From Planctomycetota bacterium (GTDB lineage: Bacteria; Planctomycetota; B15-G4; SIAN01): a DNA stretch of 64,000 nucleotides. This document shows, in pieces, positions 9,159 to 18,721 of this stretch (position 1 is its first letter; each line of letters begins with the position of its first letter). The stretch lies in assembly GCA_031409275.1 (NCBI GenBank), contig JANNXA010000030.1, positions 1 to 64,000 on the forward strand. Reading direction: 5' to 3'. The position numbers were made by a program, and so were the translations under genes. The notes beneath the pieces were generated by a model, which saw only the letters and a program-made list of their open reading frames with translations, searched no databases and was not told the DNA's origin.

Positions 9159-10604
9159 ATGAGGATCGGATCGATCGCGCTCGCAGGAGCGTTGGTGGCG
9201 ACATCGGCTCGCGGGCAGTCCGCCGGCGATGCCGACGCCGTTCAACGCATCGAGCGGCGCATGCGCGAGCTCGAGCGCGCCTGGCGCCTCGAACCGGCGG
9301 CAGGTGCCACCATCGCGGAGCGTGCGCTCTTCGACTGGGGCGGGTCGATCGGCTTCTCGCTGTACGGCATCGACGACGCCGAGAGCAAATCGCACACGTT
9401 GCGTCAGACCGACGCGCGCGCCTGGACGAAGGTGGAACTCGACGGTCGCCATCGCTTCTTCGCTCGGCTCAAGCTGCGTTACGACGACTGGAACGCGGGC
9501 GACGACTTCGACGGGCAGGGAGACGACCTGCGCGAGCCGATCGGTGAACGCTGGTGGTACGAGTTCGATGCTGCCGGCAGCGCCGCGGCGGCCGACGGGT
9601 GGAACCTGAACGCCCGCGTCGGCAAGCAGCACCTCGAGATCGGCAACGGCGTGGCGCTGTCGGCGACGCTCATCGGCGCGCGGGTCGAGCTGTCGCTCGG
9701 GAGCTTCGTGCTCGGCGTGCTGGCGGCGGACACCCCGGCCAACGACTTCGTCGACTTCGACGCCTCGCGCCCGAGCTTCGACACCAACACCAAGCGCCGC
9801 TTCCTCGCCGCGACGCTCGAACGGCGCGGTGGCGCGGTGACGCCATTCGCCCACGTGGTGCGTCAGATCGATCGCAACGATCGCGACTTCGCCACGTTCC
9901 AGGACGGGCTCGGTCAGCTCTACGACACTTCGTTCGACTACGACTCGACCTACTTCGGCGCCGGCGCGCGCGGGCCGCTCGGGGAGCAATCGACGTGGCG
10001 CGTCGAGCTCGACCTCGAGTCGGGCCGCGCGCTGTCGAGCCCGATCAGCGCCGCGGGCGCGCCGACCACGCAATCGCACGAGTCGATCGATGCGTTCGCG
10101 CTGGCCGGCGGTGCCTCGTGGATGTTCGGCGACGCGCGAGCGAGCCGCGTCGACCTCGACTTCGTCGTGGCTTCAGGCGACTCCGATCGACTCGACTCCG
10201 CCGACACCTTCGCCGGCAACGTCACCGGCAGCGTCGATCGCGCGTGGAACGGGTTCGGATTCCTGGACACCGGCATCGCGCTGGCGCCCGACCCGAGCAA
10301 CCTCGCGACGCTCGAACTCGCGCTCGAGACCTCGCCCTTCTCGGGCGACGAGAGCTGGCGGCGACTGCGTGCGCTGGCGAGCCTCTACCTCTTCGGGAAG
10401 CTCGATCCCGACGCGCCGATCAACCTGCCGACCGTAGACAAGCGCTTCGTCGGCGCCGAACTCGACATCGGCTGCGAATGGAACATCCGCTCCGACCTGA
10501 CCTTCTCGATGCGTTACGGCCTCTTCATGCCGGGCAGCGCGATGCCGCCGGGCGAGGACGGCTCGCGCCAGATCCTCTACGGAGGGGTGACCTATGCGTT
10601 TTGA
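9159..10604 (+). CDS. Outer-membrane beta-barrel (alginate-export-like porin)
   Basis: RBS CAGGAG; signal peptide; amphipathic strands (RVGKQ, GAELDI); C-terminal VTYAF. Confidence 0.8.
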   Translation: MRIGSIALAGALVATSARGQSAGDADAVQRIERRMRELERAWRLEPAAGATIAERALFDWGGSIGFSLYGIDDAESKSHTLRQTDARAWTKVELDGRHRFFARLKLRYDDWNAGDDFDGQGDDLREPIGERWWYEFDAAGSAAAADGWNLNARVGKQHLEIGNGVALSATLIGARVELSLGSFVLGVLAADTPANDFVDFDASRPSFDTNTKRRFLAATLERRGGAVTPFAHVVRQIDRNDRDFATFQDGLGQLYDTSFDYDSTYFGAGARGPLGEQSTWRVELDLESGRALSSPISAAGAPTTQSHESIDAFALAGGASWMFGDARASRVDLDFVVASGDSDRLDSADTFAGNVTGSVDRAWNGFGFLDTGIALAPDPSNLATLELALETSPFSGDESWRRLRALASLYLFGKLDPDAPINLPTVDKRFVGAELDIGCEWNIRSDLTFSMRYGLFMPGSAMPPGEDGSRQILYGGVTYAF

Positions 10605-11115
10605 AGTCGTGGCCGCCACGCTGCTGTTGACGTGGTGCGGCGCGGGCTGCGGCTCGCCGCCTCGTCTCGGTCGGACGCTGCTCGCGCAACCATCGATGGT
10701 CGCCGACGAGCTCGCGTTCTGGCAGGCGCTCGAGGGCGAAGCGCGCGTCACGAACGACGACGCGTTGCACGGGCTGCTGTTGCTGGCCGATGGCAGCGAT
10801 GCGCATGCGAGCTTCGCGGCGCGCGTAGTCACCGCGCAGGCACGCGGGTGGATCGCGCCCGACGCGGCGCTCGATGCCGATGGCGTGGCGAGTGTCGGCA
10901 TGGTCAGCGTTGCCGTCTGTGATCTGCTGGCGCTGGAGGGCGGGGTGACGCGCCGATTCGCCCCGAAGTCGCCGCGCTACTGCACCCGCGAGCTCGTCTT
11001 TCGCGGGCTGCTGCCGGAGCGCACTGCGCAGCAGGGAATGCGTGGACTCGAACTCATCGACCTGGCCGGCCGCGTCGAGGACGCGCGCCTGGCGATGGCG
11101 GGAGAAAAGTCGTGA
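10594..11115 (+). CDS. Hypothetical lipoprotein
   Basis: Overlaps the porin stop; hydrophobic leader ending GAGC; RBS GGAGG. Confidence 0.75.
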   Translation: MRFEVVAATLLLTWCGAGCGSPPRLGRTLLAQPSMVADELAFWQALEGEARVTNDDALHGLLLLADGSDAHASFAARVVTAQARGWIAPDAALDADGVASVGMVSVAVCDLLALEGGVTRRFAPKSPRYCTRELVFRGLLPERTAQQGMRGLELIDLAGRVEDARLAMAGEKS

Positions 11116-11966
11116 TGGCCCTCCTCGCCACGCTCCTGACCGTGCTCGCGTCGCACAGCGCACAGGGCGCTCCGCCGACACCAGCACCAACGCCCACCAC
11201 ACCGACCACGCCGGTCGTTGCACCGGTCGTTGCACCGCTTCCGCAAGGACCACCGCAGAAGCTGCAGGCTCTGGTGATCGACGTCGATGGCCGATCGGAG
11301 TGGCGCGCCGCCGGGGCTGAGAAGTGGAACGTCGCGGCGGTGAACGACCTCCTCGATGCCGGGTGCGAGATCCGGACCGGGCTGCGGTCGACGCTGGCCT
11401 TGCGCGTCGGCAAGAACGCGACGCTGCTGGTCGCGCGATCGAGCCGCATCGAGCTGCCGGTGATCGTGCAGGACGGCGAGGTGCTGCGCACGCGGGCCGC
11501 CGTCTATCGCGGCAAATGCGACTTCAAGGTCGAGGCGGTCGGCGTCACCAGCGACTTCCAGGTGTTGACGCCTTCCGCGACGCTGGCCGTACGCGGTACG
11601 GGCTTCTGCGTGGAATGGGGCGCGCTCGCCGGACTCGAAGTGACCGGCGTCGACACCAATCGCATTCGCGCGATCGAGGTGAGCTACGCCGAATCGCAGC
11701 ACGCCGTCTTCGTCTCCGGCGGCGGCAGCACCACGTCTCAGCTACCCGAACCGGTGCAGGTCGCGCTCTTCCACACCGTCTTCCCGCCGCCGAGCCCCGA
11801 TCGTCAAGTGCGGGACGATCGCCGCGACCCGAACGGTCGTCCGCCGCTGCCGCCGTTCCATCAGGACTTCCGACGCCAGCAACAGACTCACCATGGCGGC
11901 AGCGACATCGGGAAGGACGTCAACAGCGGCCAAGGCTCGCCCGGGATTCCACCCGTGCACGGGTAG
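11115..11966 (+). CDS. FecR-domain secreted protein with Pro/Thr linker
   Basis: EIRTGLRSTLAL and FQVLTPSATLAVRGTGF are FecR motifs; signal peptide; 12-bp tandem CCGGTCGTTGCA x2 at 11211-11234. Confidence 0.82.
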   Translation: MALLATLLTVLASHSAQGAPPTPAPTPTTPTTPVVAPVVAPLPQGPPQKLQALVIDVDGRSEWRAAGAEKWNVAAVNDLLDAGCEIRTGLRSTLALRVGKNATLLVARSSRIELPVIVQDGEVLRTRAAVYRGKCDFKVEAVGVTSDFQVLTPSATLAVRGTGFCVEWGALAGLEVTGVDTNRIRAIEVSYAESQHAVFVSGGGSTTSQLPEPVQVALFHTVFPPPSPDRQVRDDRRDPNGRPPLPPFHQDFRRQQQTHHGGSDIGKDVNSGQGSPGIPPVHG

Positions 11967-12020
11967 TCGCCGGGGCGAGCGTCGCACGCTTGCCAGATGC
12001 TCCGCCGGCGTCGAACGCGT

Positions 12021-12488
12021 TCAGCGGAGGCACGACGAGCAGGCGACGTCGACCTGCGCGAGACGGATGTACTCGAGCGTCTCGATGAAGACCGAATACG
12101 AAGTGCCGCACGTCGGCTTGACGAACTCGTAGAGAACCGAGCCGGTGGTGGCGAAGCCAGCCGTCTGGGTCCAGGTGTTCTCGTGGTAGTAGGACAAGCA
12201 AGTACCGCCGAAGCCCAGCCGAACGGTGAACTTGCAAGCAGTGGCCGGGAGGCACGACATCAGGTCGCAAGTGCCGCTCTGCACCTGGGACAGTGTGATC
12301 GAAACGTCCGAGCTGCAGTTGGGCGCGCCACCGAACGAGTAAGGCGTCGACGACGCCGTGCAGCCGGTGCAATCGGCCGGCGCGATGGGCGCCACCGGCG
12401 CGAGCGGTGCCATCGGCGTCCTAGCCGGCAGTGCGAACGCGAACGCACTGGCCGCCAGCATCGAAGCGACGAAAACGGGGAGCTTCAT
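12021..12488 (-). CDS. Secreted Cys-rich protein (10 Cys, CxxC at both ends)
   Basis: RBS GAGGAG; signal peptide MKLPVFVASMLAASAFAFA; CTGC...CSSC. Confidence 0.75.
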   Translation of the reverse strand: MKLPVFVASMLAASAFAFALPARTPMAPLAPVAPIAPADCTGCTASSTPYSFGGAPNCSSDVSITLSQVQSGTCDLMSCLPATACKFTVRLGFGGTCLSYYHENTWTQTAGFATTGSVLYEFVKPTCGTSYSVFIETLEYIRLAQVDVACSSCLR

Positions 12489-12529
12489 CTCGATCTCCTC
12501 AACTTGGTCACGGGTCGAGGCCGGGGGGA

Positions 12530-13234
12530 TCAACGAGCACGGAGAGTGCTGAAGAAGTCCTTCACTTCGCCATCGAGTTCTTCCTCGATGGCGCGCTGGA
12601 TCTCGTAAGTGGCGTCGAGCTCGGGGTACTCGTCACGTTTGATCGTGTAGACGAGCGACTTGCCGTCGCGGCAGACGAGCCCGCTGACCAGCGTGTCGCC
12701 GAACGGACGAGCCGTTGCGACGGTTCCTTGCGGCAGCTCTTCGACATCGTTTCGCTCGAGCTTCGCGGCGCAGATGTCCTCTTGCAGGATCTCGCGAACG
12801 ACGAGCGCTTCGAGCAGGTCGTCGCGATGATCCTCGATCATCTCCGCCAATCGAGTCATCTGCTCCGGCGACAGGACGAGGCCATCGGGATTCATCCGCG
12901 GACTGGCCACGATCGCGTCGGCGCCCGGAAGCGCTTCGCTCGGCCTCGATTGGAGCAGGACGCGCATCGTCCTCTCGCGTTGCGCGGGGTCGAACCGATC
13001 GGCGGCTGACGCCACCACGACGGCTCCCTGATCGGCTTTCTGCTGGGTCGACCCGGTTGCCGCCGCGTCGGCGTTCAAGACTGCGTCCACGGGCAGGGGC
13101 ATCGTGTTCGGCTCGACCACGGCTTCGGTCGAGGCCGCCGGCGGGGCCATCACGACGTTGCGCGAACCGCTGCCGACGAGGTAGCCGACCAAGAGCCCTG
13201 CGATCATCGAAAGGACGATGCCGAAGTTCTTCAT
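12530..13234 (-). CDS. Hypothetical protein with N-terminal membrane anchor
   Basis: MKNFGIVLSMIAGLLVGYLVG followed by an acidic helical region. Confidence 0.75.
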   Translation of the reverse strand: MKNFGIVLSMIAGLLVGYLVGSGSRNVVMAPPAASTEAVVEPNTMPLPVDAVLNADAAATGSTQQKADQGAVVVASAADRFDPAQRERTMRVLLQSRPSEALPGADAIVASPRMNPDGLVLSPEQMTRLAEMIEDHRDDLLEALVVREILQEDICAAKLERNDVEELPQGTVATARPFGDTLVSGLVCRDGKSLVYTIKRDEYPELDATYEIQRAIEEELDGEVKDFFSTLRAR

Positions 13235-13381
13235 GAGATCCGCCCGGCGAGTGTGAGGCCAACGGCCTTCCGCAACTGTCGCCAGTAACTAGCACGCGCC
13301 CGAACGACGCGATACCGCGACTTGTCGCACGCGTTAGCGGGATTCACCGACCTTCAACAGGGTTTTCACCGTTTGCGACGT

Positions 13382-14314
13382 TCATCGATCAGGCTTTTCC
13401 AGCGCAACGACGATCGCCGCACGGCGCGCTCCCGTCCGCAACGCGAGTTGCAGCGACTTGCGCGGCTCGAACACGATCGTCTCGACGAACACGTGCGTCG
13501 TCGCTTCGGCGACGTCGCTCCACGCGACGGTGCCCGCGCGATCGAAGGCGATGTCATGCACGATCAGTTCGCCGAAGCCGTTGTCGTCCGTCGGCGGCGT
13601 CTCCTGACCGACCAGCAACGCTTCGTGTTCCGCCAGCAGCACGTTGAAGCACTTCGGGCCTGCCTTCGGCGTCGCCGCGTACACCAACGTCGCCACCGGC
13701 GTGTGTTTGGCCAGCTCGAGTCGCTGCGCGAGCCACACCGACGGCAGCTTGAACCAGTCGACGGTCGCACCACTGACCTTCTTGCTGGCGCCCCCCACGA
13801 TCGTCAGCGGCACCGTCAAGCGGTCCGCGCCGAAGGTGACGGTGATGGCCAGCGCGCGCAGCTCCGGGTCGACCTGCTCGGTGGCCGGCCTGGCCGTGAT
13901 CTCGAGCGCGCGGCTTGGCGGCTCGGCGCGAGTCAACGTCCCGAGCACCGCGAGGTGATCACCCCCCGCGGCGGCCCACCGGCCAGCGCCATCGAGCTGC
14001 AGCTGCAGTCGCTGCGCGTCGGGTCGCGCGATCCAGGCCCGGTAGTGGCCCGGCGCGATGACGCTCTCCTCGGTGATCAGCGGTGCCGACGTCTGCAGCG
14101 TCGTGATCGCCCCGCCCCCGAGTCGCCACGTCTCGCCGACGCGCAGCTCTTCGAGCGTGTGCTTGCCGGCGCTGACGACTCCGTAGTCGAGGAGCGCTGC
14201 GTGCCCCTGCCAGTCGACCTTCGCCTGCGCGCGCGACTCCATGCGCGCGGGCACGATCGCGAGCAGCGCCGCAAGCACGGCGACGGCCGCGCCCGTCGCG
14301 GCGTCGAGCCTCAC
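13382..14314 (-). CDS. Secreted DUF2911-like protein
   Basis: GTG start overlaps the S10 stop; LDYG...GETWRLGG..ITTL...IAPGHY resembles DUF2911. Confidence 0.6.
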   Translation of the reverse strand: MRLDAATGAAVAVLAALLAIVPARMESRAQAKVDWQGHAALLDYGVVSAGKHTLEELRVGETWRLGGGAITTLQTSAPLITEESVIAPGHYRAWIARPDAQRLQLQLDGAGRWAAAGGDHLAVLGTLTRAEPPSRALEITARPATEQVDPELRALAITVTFGADRLTVPLTIVGGASKKVSGATVDWFKLPSVWLAQRLELAKHTPVATLVYAATPKAGPKCFNVLLAEHEALLVGQETPPTDDNGFGELIVHDIAFDRAGTVAWSDVAEATTHVFVETIVFEPRKSLQLALRTGARRAAIVVALEKPDR

Positions 14315-15813
14315 GAGCCCGCCTTGTCGGCAGCCAGGAACTCGCGCAGCTCGCGCGCGAGCGTCCGGCGGCTCGGCTCGTTCACGTACATCATGTGGCC
14401 AGCCGGATAGGTGCGCAGCGTCACGCGAGCGCGGTCCATCGTGCTGCATTCGACATTGCGTTCCGCGGCGAAGAAGGTCGTCGCGACGTCATAGAGCCCG
14501 CTGCCGATGAAGACGCGCAGGTCTGGATTCTCGGCCATCGCGCGCGCGAGCGTGCCCGAAACGTCGACGTAGCCGCTGAAGGCGCTCGACGCGACGGCCG
14601 GGCGCTTCCACCGGTCGCCCGCATCCGCGCTCATCACGGCGTAGTCGCGATCGACTTCGACCCCGAGCTCCTTGCGCAGGTAGTCCATGAAGGTCGCCAC
14701 GTACGCGCCGCTGATGCCGGCGCTCATCGGATCCCCGCTCGGAACCTCGCCGACGGCGTCCTCTTCGGCCCCGGTGTAGCGGGTATCGAGGCGCCCCACC
14801 ACGAGGCCGCGCTCGCGCAGCAGCTCGCGGCGGAAGCGGTCGGTCGACACCTTCAGGTTCGCGCGACGGATGAAGTCAGGCGACAGCCCCGTGTAGCGAT
14901 GGAGCTTCCCGACCAGCGCCTCGCGACGCGCGTCGCTGATGGCACGGCCGGCGAACAGAGCTGGCACGTACTCGTCGCTGACGAAAGCGCGCACCTCCGC
15001 CAGGAACGGCTCGAGCTCCGCGGGCTTGGGTTTCAGCGCGTCGTGGTACCACGCCGTCGCCGCGAACGTCGGCAGGACGGTCGCATACGCCGCGTCGTTC
15101 TCCTGGCCGTCGACGACTTCCATGTCGAGTGCCGGCGAGATCAGCATCACGCCGTTGAACGCGACCGAGTTCATCCCGTTCTGCAGCGCGTGCACCACCA
15201 GCGGCGCACGGATGCCGCCGTAGCTTTCGCCGAGCAGGTACTTCGGCGAGGCCCAGCGCTCGTGGTCCGTGATCCAGCGCCGGATGAAGCGGGCGACGGA
15301 AACCGCGTCCTCGTCGACCCCCCAGTGATCGGCGACATCGCCTTTGCCCACCACGCGGCTCAGTCCGGTGCCGATCGGATCGACCATCACCAGATCGCTG
15401 CTCGCCAGCAACGAGTCCGGGTTGTCCTTCAGCACATAGGGCGGCGCCCCCGCCGACTGCGCGTCGCTTGGCACTTGCACGACCTTCGGACCGAGCAGGC
15501 CAAGGTGGAGCCAGACGGACGACGAGCCGGGACCGCCGTTGAACGCGAACGTCACCGGGCGAGTCGCGGCTGGCTCGTCGAGCGCGAGGTAGGCCACCGC
15601 GAAGAACTCGGCGACCGGCTCGCCCTTGTCGTCACGCAACAGCGTCGTTTCGGCCAGCGCGTTGTAGTCGAGCGACTTCGTCGCGAGTGCGAGCGTGTGG
15701 CGGCTCTCGAAACGAAGCGCCACGGGCTCGGCGCCGACCGGCTTCGCTTCCTGCGCCGGCAACGACGCCACGAGCGGGAACGATGGGGCCAGGAGGAGCA
15801 GCGCAACGCGCAT
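14311..15813 (-). CDS. Serine carboxypeptidase, family S10
   Basis: FNGGPGSSS, DPIGTG, GESYGG, YD..T, AGHMMY; signal peptide. Confidence 0.93.
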   Translation of the reverse strand: MRVALLLLAPSFPLVASLPAQEAKPVGAEPVALRFESRHTLALATKSLDYNALAETTLLRDDKGEPVAEFFAVAYLALDEPAATRPVTFAFNGGPGSSSVWLHLGLLGPKVVQVPSDAQSAGAPPYVLKDNPDSLLASSDLVMVDPIGTGLSRVVGKGDVADHWGVDEDAVSVARFIRRWITDHERWASPKYLLGESYGGIRAPLVVHALQNGMNSVAFNGVMLISPALDMEVVDGQENDAAYATVLPTFAATAWYHDALKPKPAELEPFLAEVRAFVSDEYVPALFAGRAISDARREALVGKLHRYTGLSPDFIRRANLKVSTDRFRRELLRERGLVVGRLDTRYTGAEEDAVGEVPSGDPMSAGISGAYVATFMDYLRKELGVEVDRDYAVMSADAGDRWKRPAVASSAFSGYVDVSGTLARAMAENPDLRVFIGSGLYDVATTFFAAERNVECSTMDRARVTLRTYPAGHMMYVNEPSRRTLARELREFLAADKAGS

Positions 15814-15906
15814 GGAAGGACCTCGCAAAAGGACAAGGGGTGGGCCCCGGATCGAATCGCGTCGCCGTCATACGACCTCGGCGCGCGAGCGGTGCCCGCC
15901 GATCCC

Positions 15907-16527
15907 TCACCACTCCACCACGACGGGGGCGTGGCTCGGCCGATCGCGGGCATCGCAAGTCGAGGCGTTCACGAAGGTGGTGCCGTCGCGATCGATGCGC
16001 CCATGGCTCTCGTGGATGTGGCCGAACACATGGAGGCGCGGACGCACGCGCGCCACCGCCAGCGCGAGTTCCTCGCAACCCACCGGCTCGCCACGCCAGG
16101 TCGCGTCGAGCGTCCCTTTCGGCGGGCCATGGGTGACCAGGACGTCGATGCCGGCCGGGATCAGCTCCCACTTCGCGCGCAGCGGCGCACCGCGATCGAG
16201 GTTGAACGCCCAACGGAAGAAGCGCGGCTGCCAGGGGCTGCCCCAGACGCGCACTCCCTCGATCGTCGCCTCGCCATCCTCGAGGTAGGTCGCGTTCGTG
16301 AGCAACTCGCGCGCGAGCGCGGGCTCGCGCTCGAAGAGCCAGTCGTGGTTTCCGGCGATCACCACTTTGTGGCGATGAGGTTGGCGCCCGAGCCACGCGT
16401 TGAACTCGGTGATCTCTGACACCGTCCCCATGCTGGTCGAATCGCCCGCGTGGACGAGGAGGTCGCCATCGGGAAGCGTCAGGCGCCCGTGCCGGCAGTG
16501 CGTATCGCTGATCAGCACCAATCGCAC
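15907..16527 (-). CDS. Calcineurin-like metallophosphoesterase (MPPED/239FB-like)
   Basis: SDTH, HAGD, AGNHD, THGPP, FGHIHE. Confidence 0.92.
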   Translation of the reverse strand: MRLVLISDTHCRHGRLTLPDGDLLVHAGDSTSMGTVSEITEFNAWLGRQPHRHKVVIAGNHDWLFEREPALARELLTNATYLEDGEATIEGVRVWGSPWQPRFFRWAFNLDRGAPLRAKWELIPAGIDVLVTHGPPKGTLDATWRGEPVGCEELALAVARVRPRLHVFGHIHESHGRIDRDGTTFVNASTCDARDRPSHAPVVVEW

Positions 16528-16597
16528 GGGCGCCCGCCTCCTCTCAGAGCACGCGCAACGACGAACGCGTCGCGCAGAGACCGACCGAGAGAGGCTC

Positions 16598-17101
16598 TCA
16601 GGCGTTGCGGAACTGCGCGATGTCGCCCGGGCGGCGCAGCATCTTGTCGACCTCGCCTTGGTGCATCTCCTCGGTCATCAACATCTGCCGGCAATACTCC
16701 TCCAGCATCACCGACTTGCCCTCGACCAACGCCAGCAGCTTCTCATAGAGGACGAACGTCGCGCGCTCGTGGTCGAGCGACTCGCGCAGGATGTCGCTGA
16801 TCTCGTGCTGCTCCGTCTCGAGCAGGGGACCGATGCCGAGCGACGGGTGCGCGCCCAGATGGGTCACGTACTCGCCTGCCTGCTGCGCGTGAGTCATCGA
16901 TTCCTGCGCCTGCGCGCGCAGCCAACTGACGATCGGGATGCGGTGGAAGCCGTAGACCATCAGCGAGTAGTGCGTGTAACGAACAGCTCCGGCGAGCTCC
17001 ATCTCGAGGATGTGGTTCAACACCTCGACGACGGCCTTCACATCAAACGAGCTCTTCGTCGGTGCGCGGCTCGGGGCGCTGGCGGTACGGGGCTTGGCCA
17101 T
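16598..17101 (-). CDS. Ferritin-like / bacterioferritin-family protein
   Basis: LNHILEMELAGAVRY, ESMTHA, EEMH carboxylate/His pattern of a four-helix bundle. Confidence 0.88.
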   Translation of the reverse strand: MAKPRTASAPSRAPTKSSFDVKAVVEVLNHILEMELAGAVRYTHYSLMVYGFHRIPIVSWLRAQAQESMTHAQQAGEYVTHLGAHPSLGIGPLLETEQHEISDILRESLDHERATFVLYEKLLALVEGKSVMLEEYCRQMLMTEEMHQGEVDKMLRRPGDIAQFRNA

Positions 17102-17406
17102 GGCGATCGCTGATCTCCTGGGGGGCGGGAATGATCGGCGCAGGATAAGAGCGCCGAACAGAATCGACGCGTCGCGCCGAGACCGAGCGAGGCCGCCCAG
17201 GACGAGGAGGCCGAAGCAGGCGACTCTGAAGATTCGCCGATGGAGGTCGACGAAGTCCTGGGGGGCCGCAGCCGGTCGAACGCAGCGGGCATTCTGTCAG
17301 GCGCTCGATGCAGTCGAACCATCGCAAACGCCAGCCGCGTGGCAGCGTACGCTGCTGCGCATCGATCGGCCGGGCTTCGAACGCCCAGGACAACGGAGGA
17401 TGCACG

Positions 17407-18717
17407 ATGCTCGCCTGGACCACGCTCTTGCTGCTCGGCAACGGCTCCGACCTGTTGCCACCCGTCCTACTTGAAGCGGACGGGAAGCCGATCGACGCCG
17501 AGCAGATCGGCCATGCCGCGCCGTTCTTCGGCGACTTCGACGACGACGGCATCAACGACCTGCTGGTCGGCCAGTTCGCCGGTGGCATCGTCCGCATCTA
17601 CAAGAACCTCGGCACCAACCAGGCGCCGAAGCTCGCAGCCGGCGTGACGTTCCAAGATGGCCGCCCTGAAGGCGTCGTCCCAACGGGCTGATGCGTCGGC
17701 TTTGGTCCCCAGTTGGTGGACCTCGATCACGACGGCAACCTCGATCTCCTCTCCGGCTCCTGGCCGGGCGAGCTCTTCTTCTTCGCGCGCCAGCCCGACC
17801 TCAGCTTTGCGCCGCCGGAGATGCTGAAGCACCACGACGGCGAGTTCATCTGCATCGGCGGCGGCGTCAGCGACAAGCCCGATCAGCTGTTGGTCACCGG
17901 CAACGCGGAGTTCGTCACCGAAGGGACCGGCATGGTCCTCAAGTACCACGGCAAGACGCTGCACCCGAAACCAGGGCAGTCGCTGGCCACCACCGGCACT
18001 GCGGCGTCGGTCTTCGCCGTCGACTGGGACGCGGATGGTGATCACGACCTGCTGGTCGGCGACATCGGCGGCAGCGTCTGGCTCGTGCGCAACAACGGAA
18101 CTCCGACGGCATGGAAGTTCTCCGAAGCGATCGCCGTGCACGCAGGCGGCGAGGCGCTCCGCGTGGAAGGCGATGCGGGGCCCCACTGCGCCGACTGGGA
18201 TGGCGACGGCGACTTCGACCTGCTCGTCGGCGATGGCTCCGGCAAGGTCTCGTGGTTCCGCAACGACGGCACCGCCAGCGAGCCGAAGCTGGCCGCGGCG
18301 CAGGAGCTGGTCGGCGAAGGCAACCCGGGCTACGGCGACGACGCGCCGACGACTCCCACCCGCGGCGGACGCGCCAAGGTCTGCACCGCCGACTGGAACG
18401 GCGACGGTCAGCTCGACCTGCTGCTCGGCGACTACGGCAACCTGAAACCGCCACCGCAACCCGTCACGCCGGAACAGGCGAAGCGCCACGCGGCGTTGCG
18501 CGAAGAACTCGCGACGCTCGAAACGGAGTTCAACCCGTTGGCCTACTCCCCGCCGCCCGCCAACGAGAGTGACGCCGCGAAGCAGCAGCGCGTGGCACGC
18601 ATCAGCGAGCTGCAGATTCGCGTCCTCGCCATCCGCAACCAGCTCCCTCGCGAAACCGAGTCGCACGGCTGGGTCTGGCTCTTCCTGCGCGCACCAAAGG
18701 CCGCCCGCGGCGAATGA
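17407..18717 (+). CDS. FG-GAP/VCBS-repeat protein, probable selenoprotein with adjacent Sec95-Cys96 (TGA 17689-17691), 436 aa
   Basis: RBS GGAGGA before ATG 17407. ORFs ending 17691 and starting 17713 are in frame and joined by TGA TGC GTC GGC TTT GGT CCC CAG. Five DxDxDG..DLL repeats lie on both sides of the TGA; a hairpin follows. Confidence 0.82.
17692..17737 (+). promoter_or_regulatory. Bacterial SECIS-like hairpin
   Basis: Lower stem UGCGUCG/CGACGGCA (one bulge); upper stem GGUCC-CC-[AGUU]-GG-U-GGACC; loop GU at +21/+22 from UGA. Confidence 0.7.
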
Positions 18718-18721
18718 GCGG

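Noticed and set aside
8976..10079. Long N-terminal extension of ORF 6678-10079, and other long antisense ORFs (26252-30574, 57292-61347, 34829-38083, 54323-56935)
   Set aside because: Shadow frames of real high-GC genes: Arg/Ala-rich, no motifs, expected when stop codons are scarce.
17116..17266. 11-bp direct repeat TCCTGGGGGGC and a hydrophobic frame upstream of the ferritin-like gene
   Set aside because: No start codon in that frame, no element between the repeats, and an 11-mer match in GC-rich DNA is plausible by chance.
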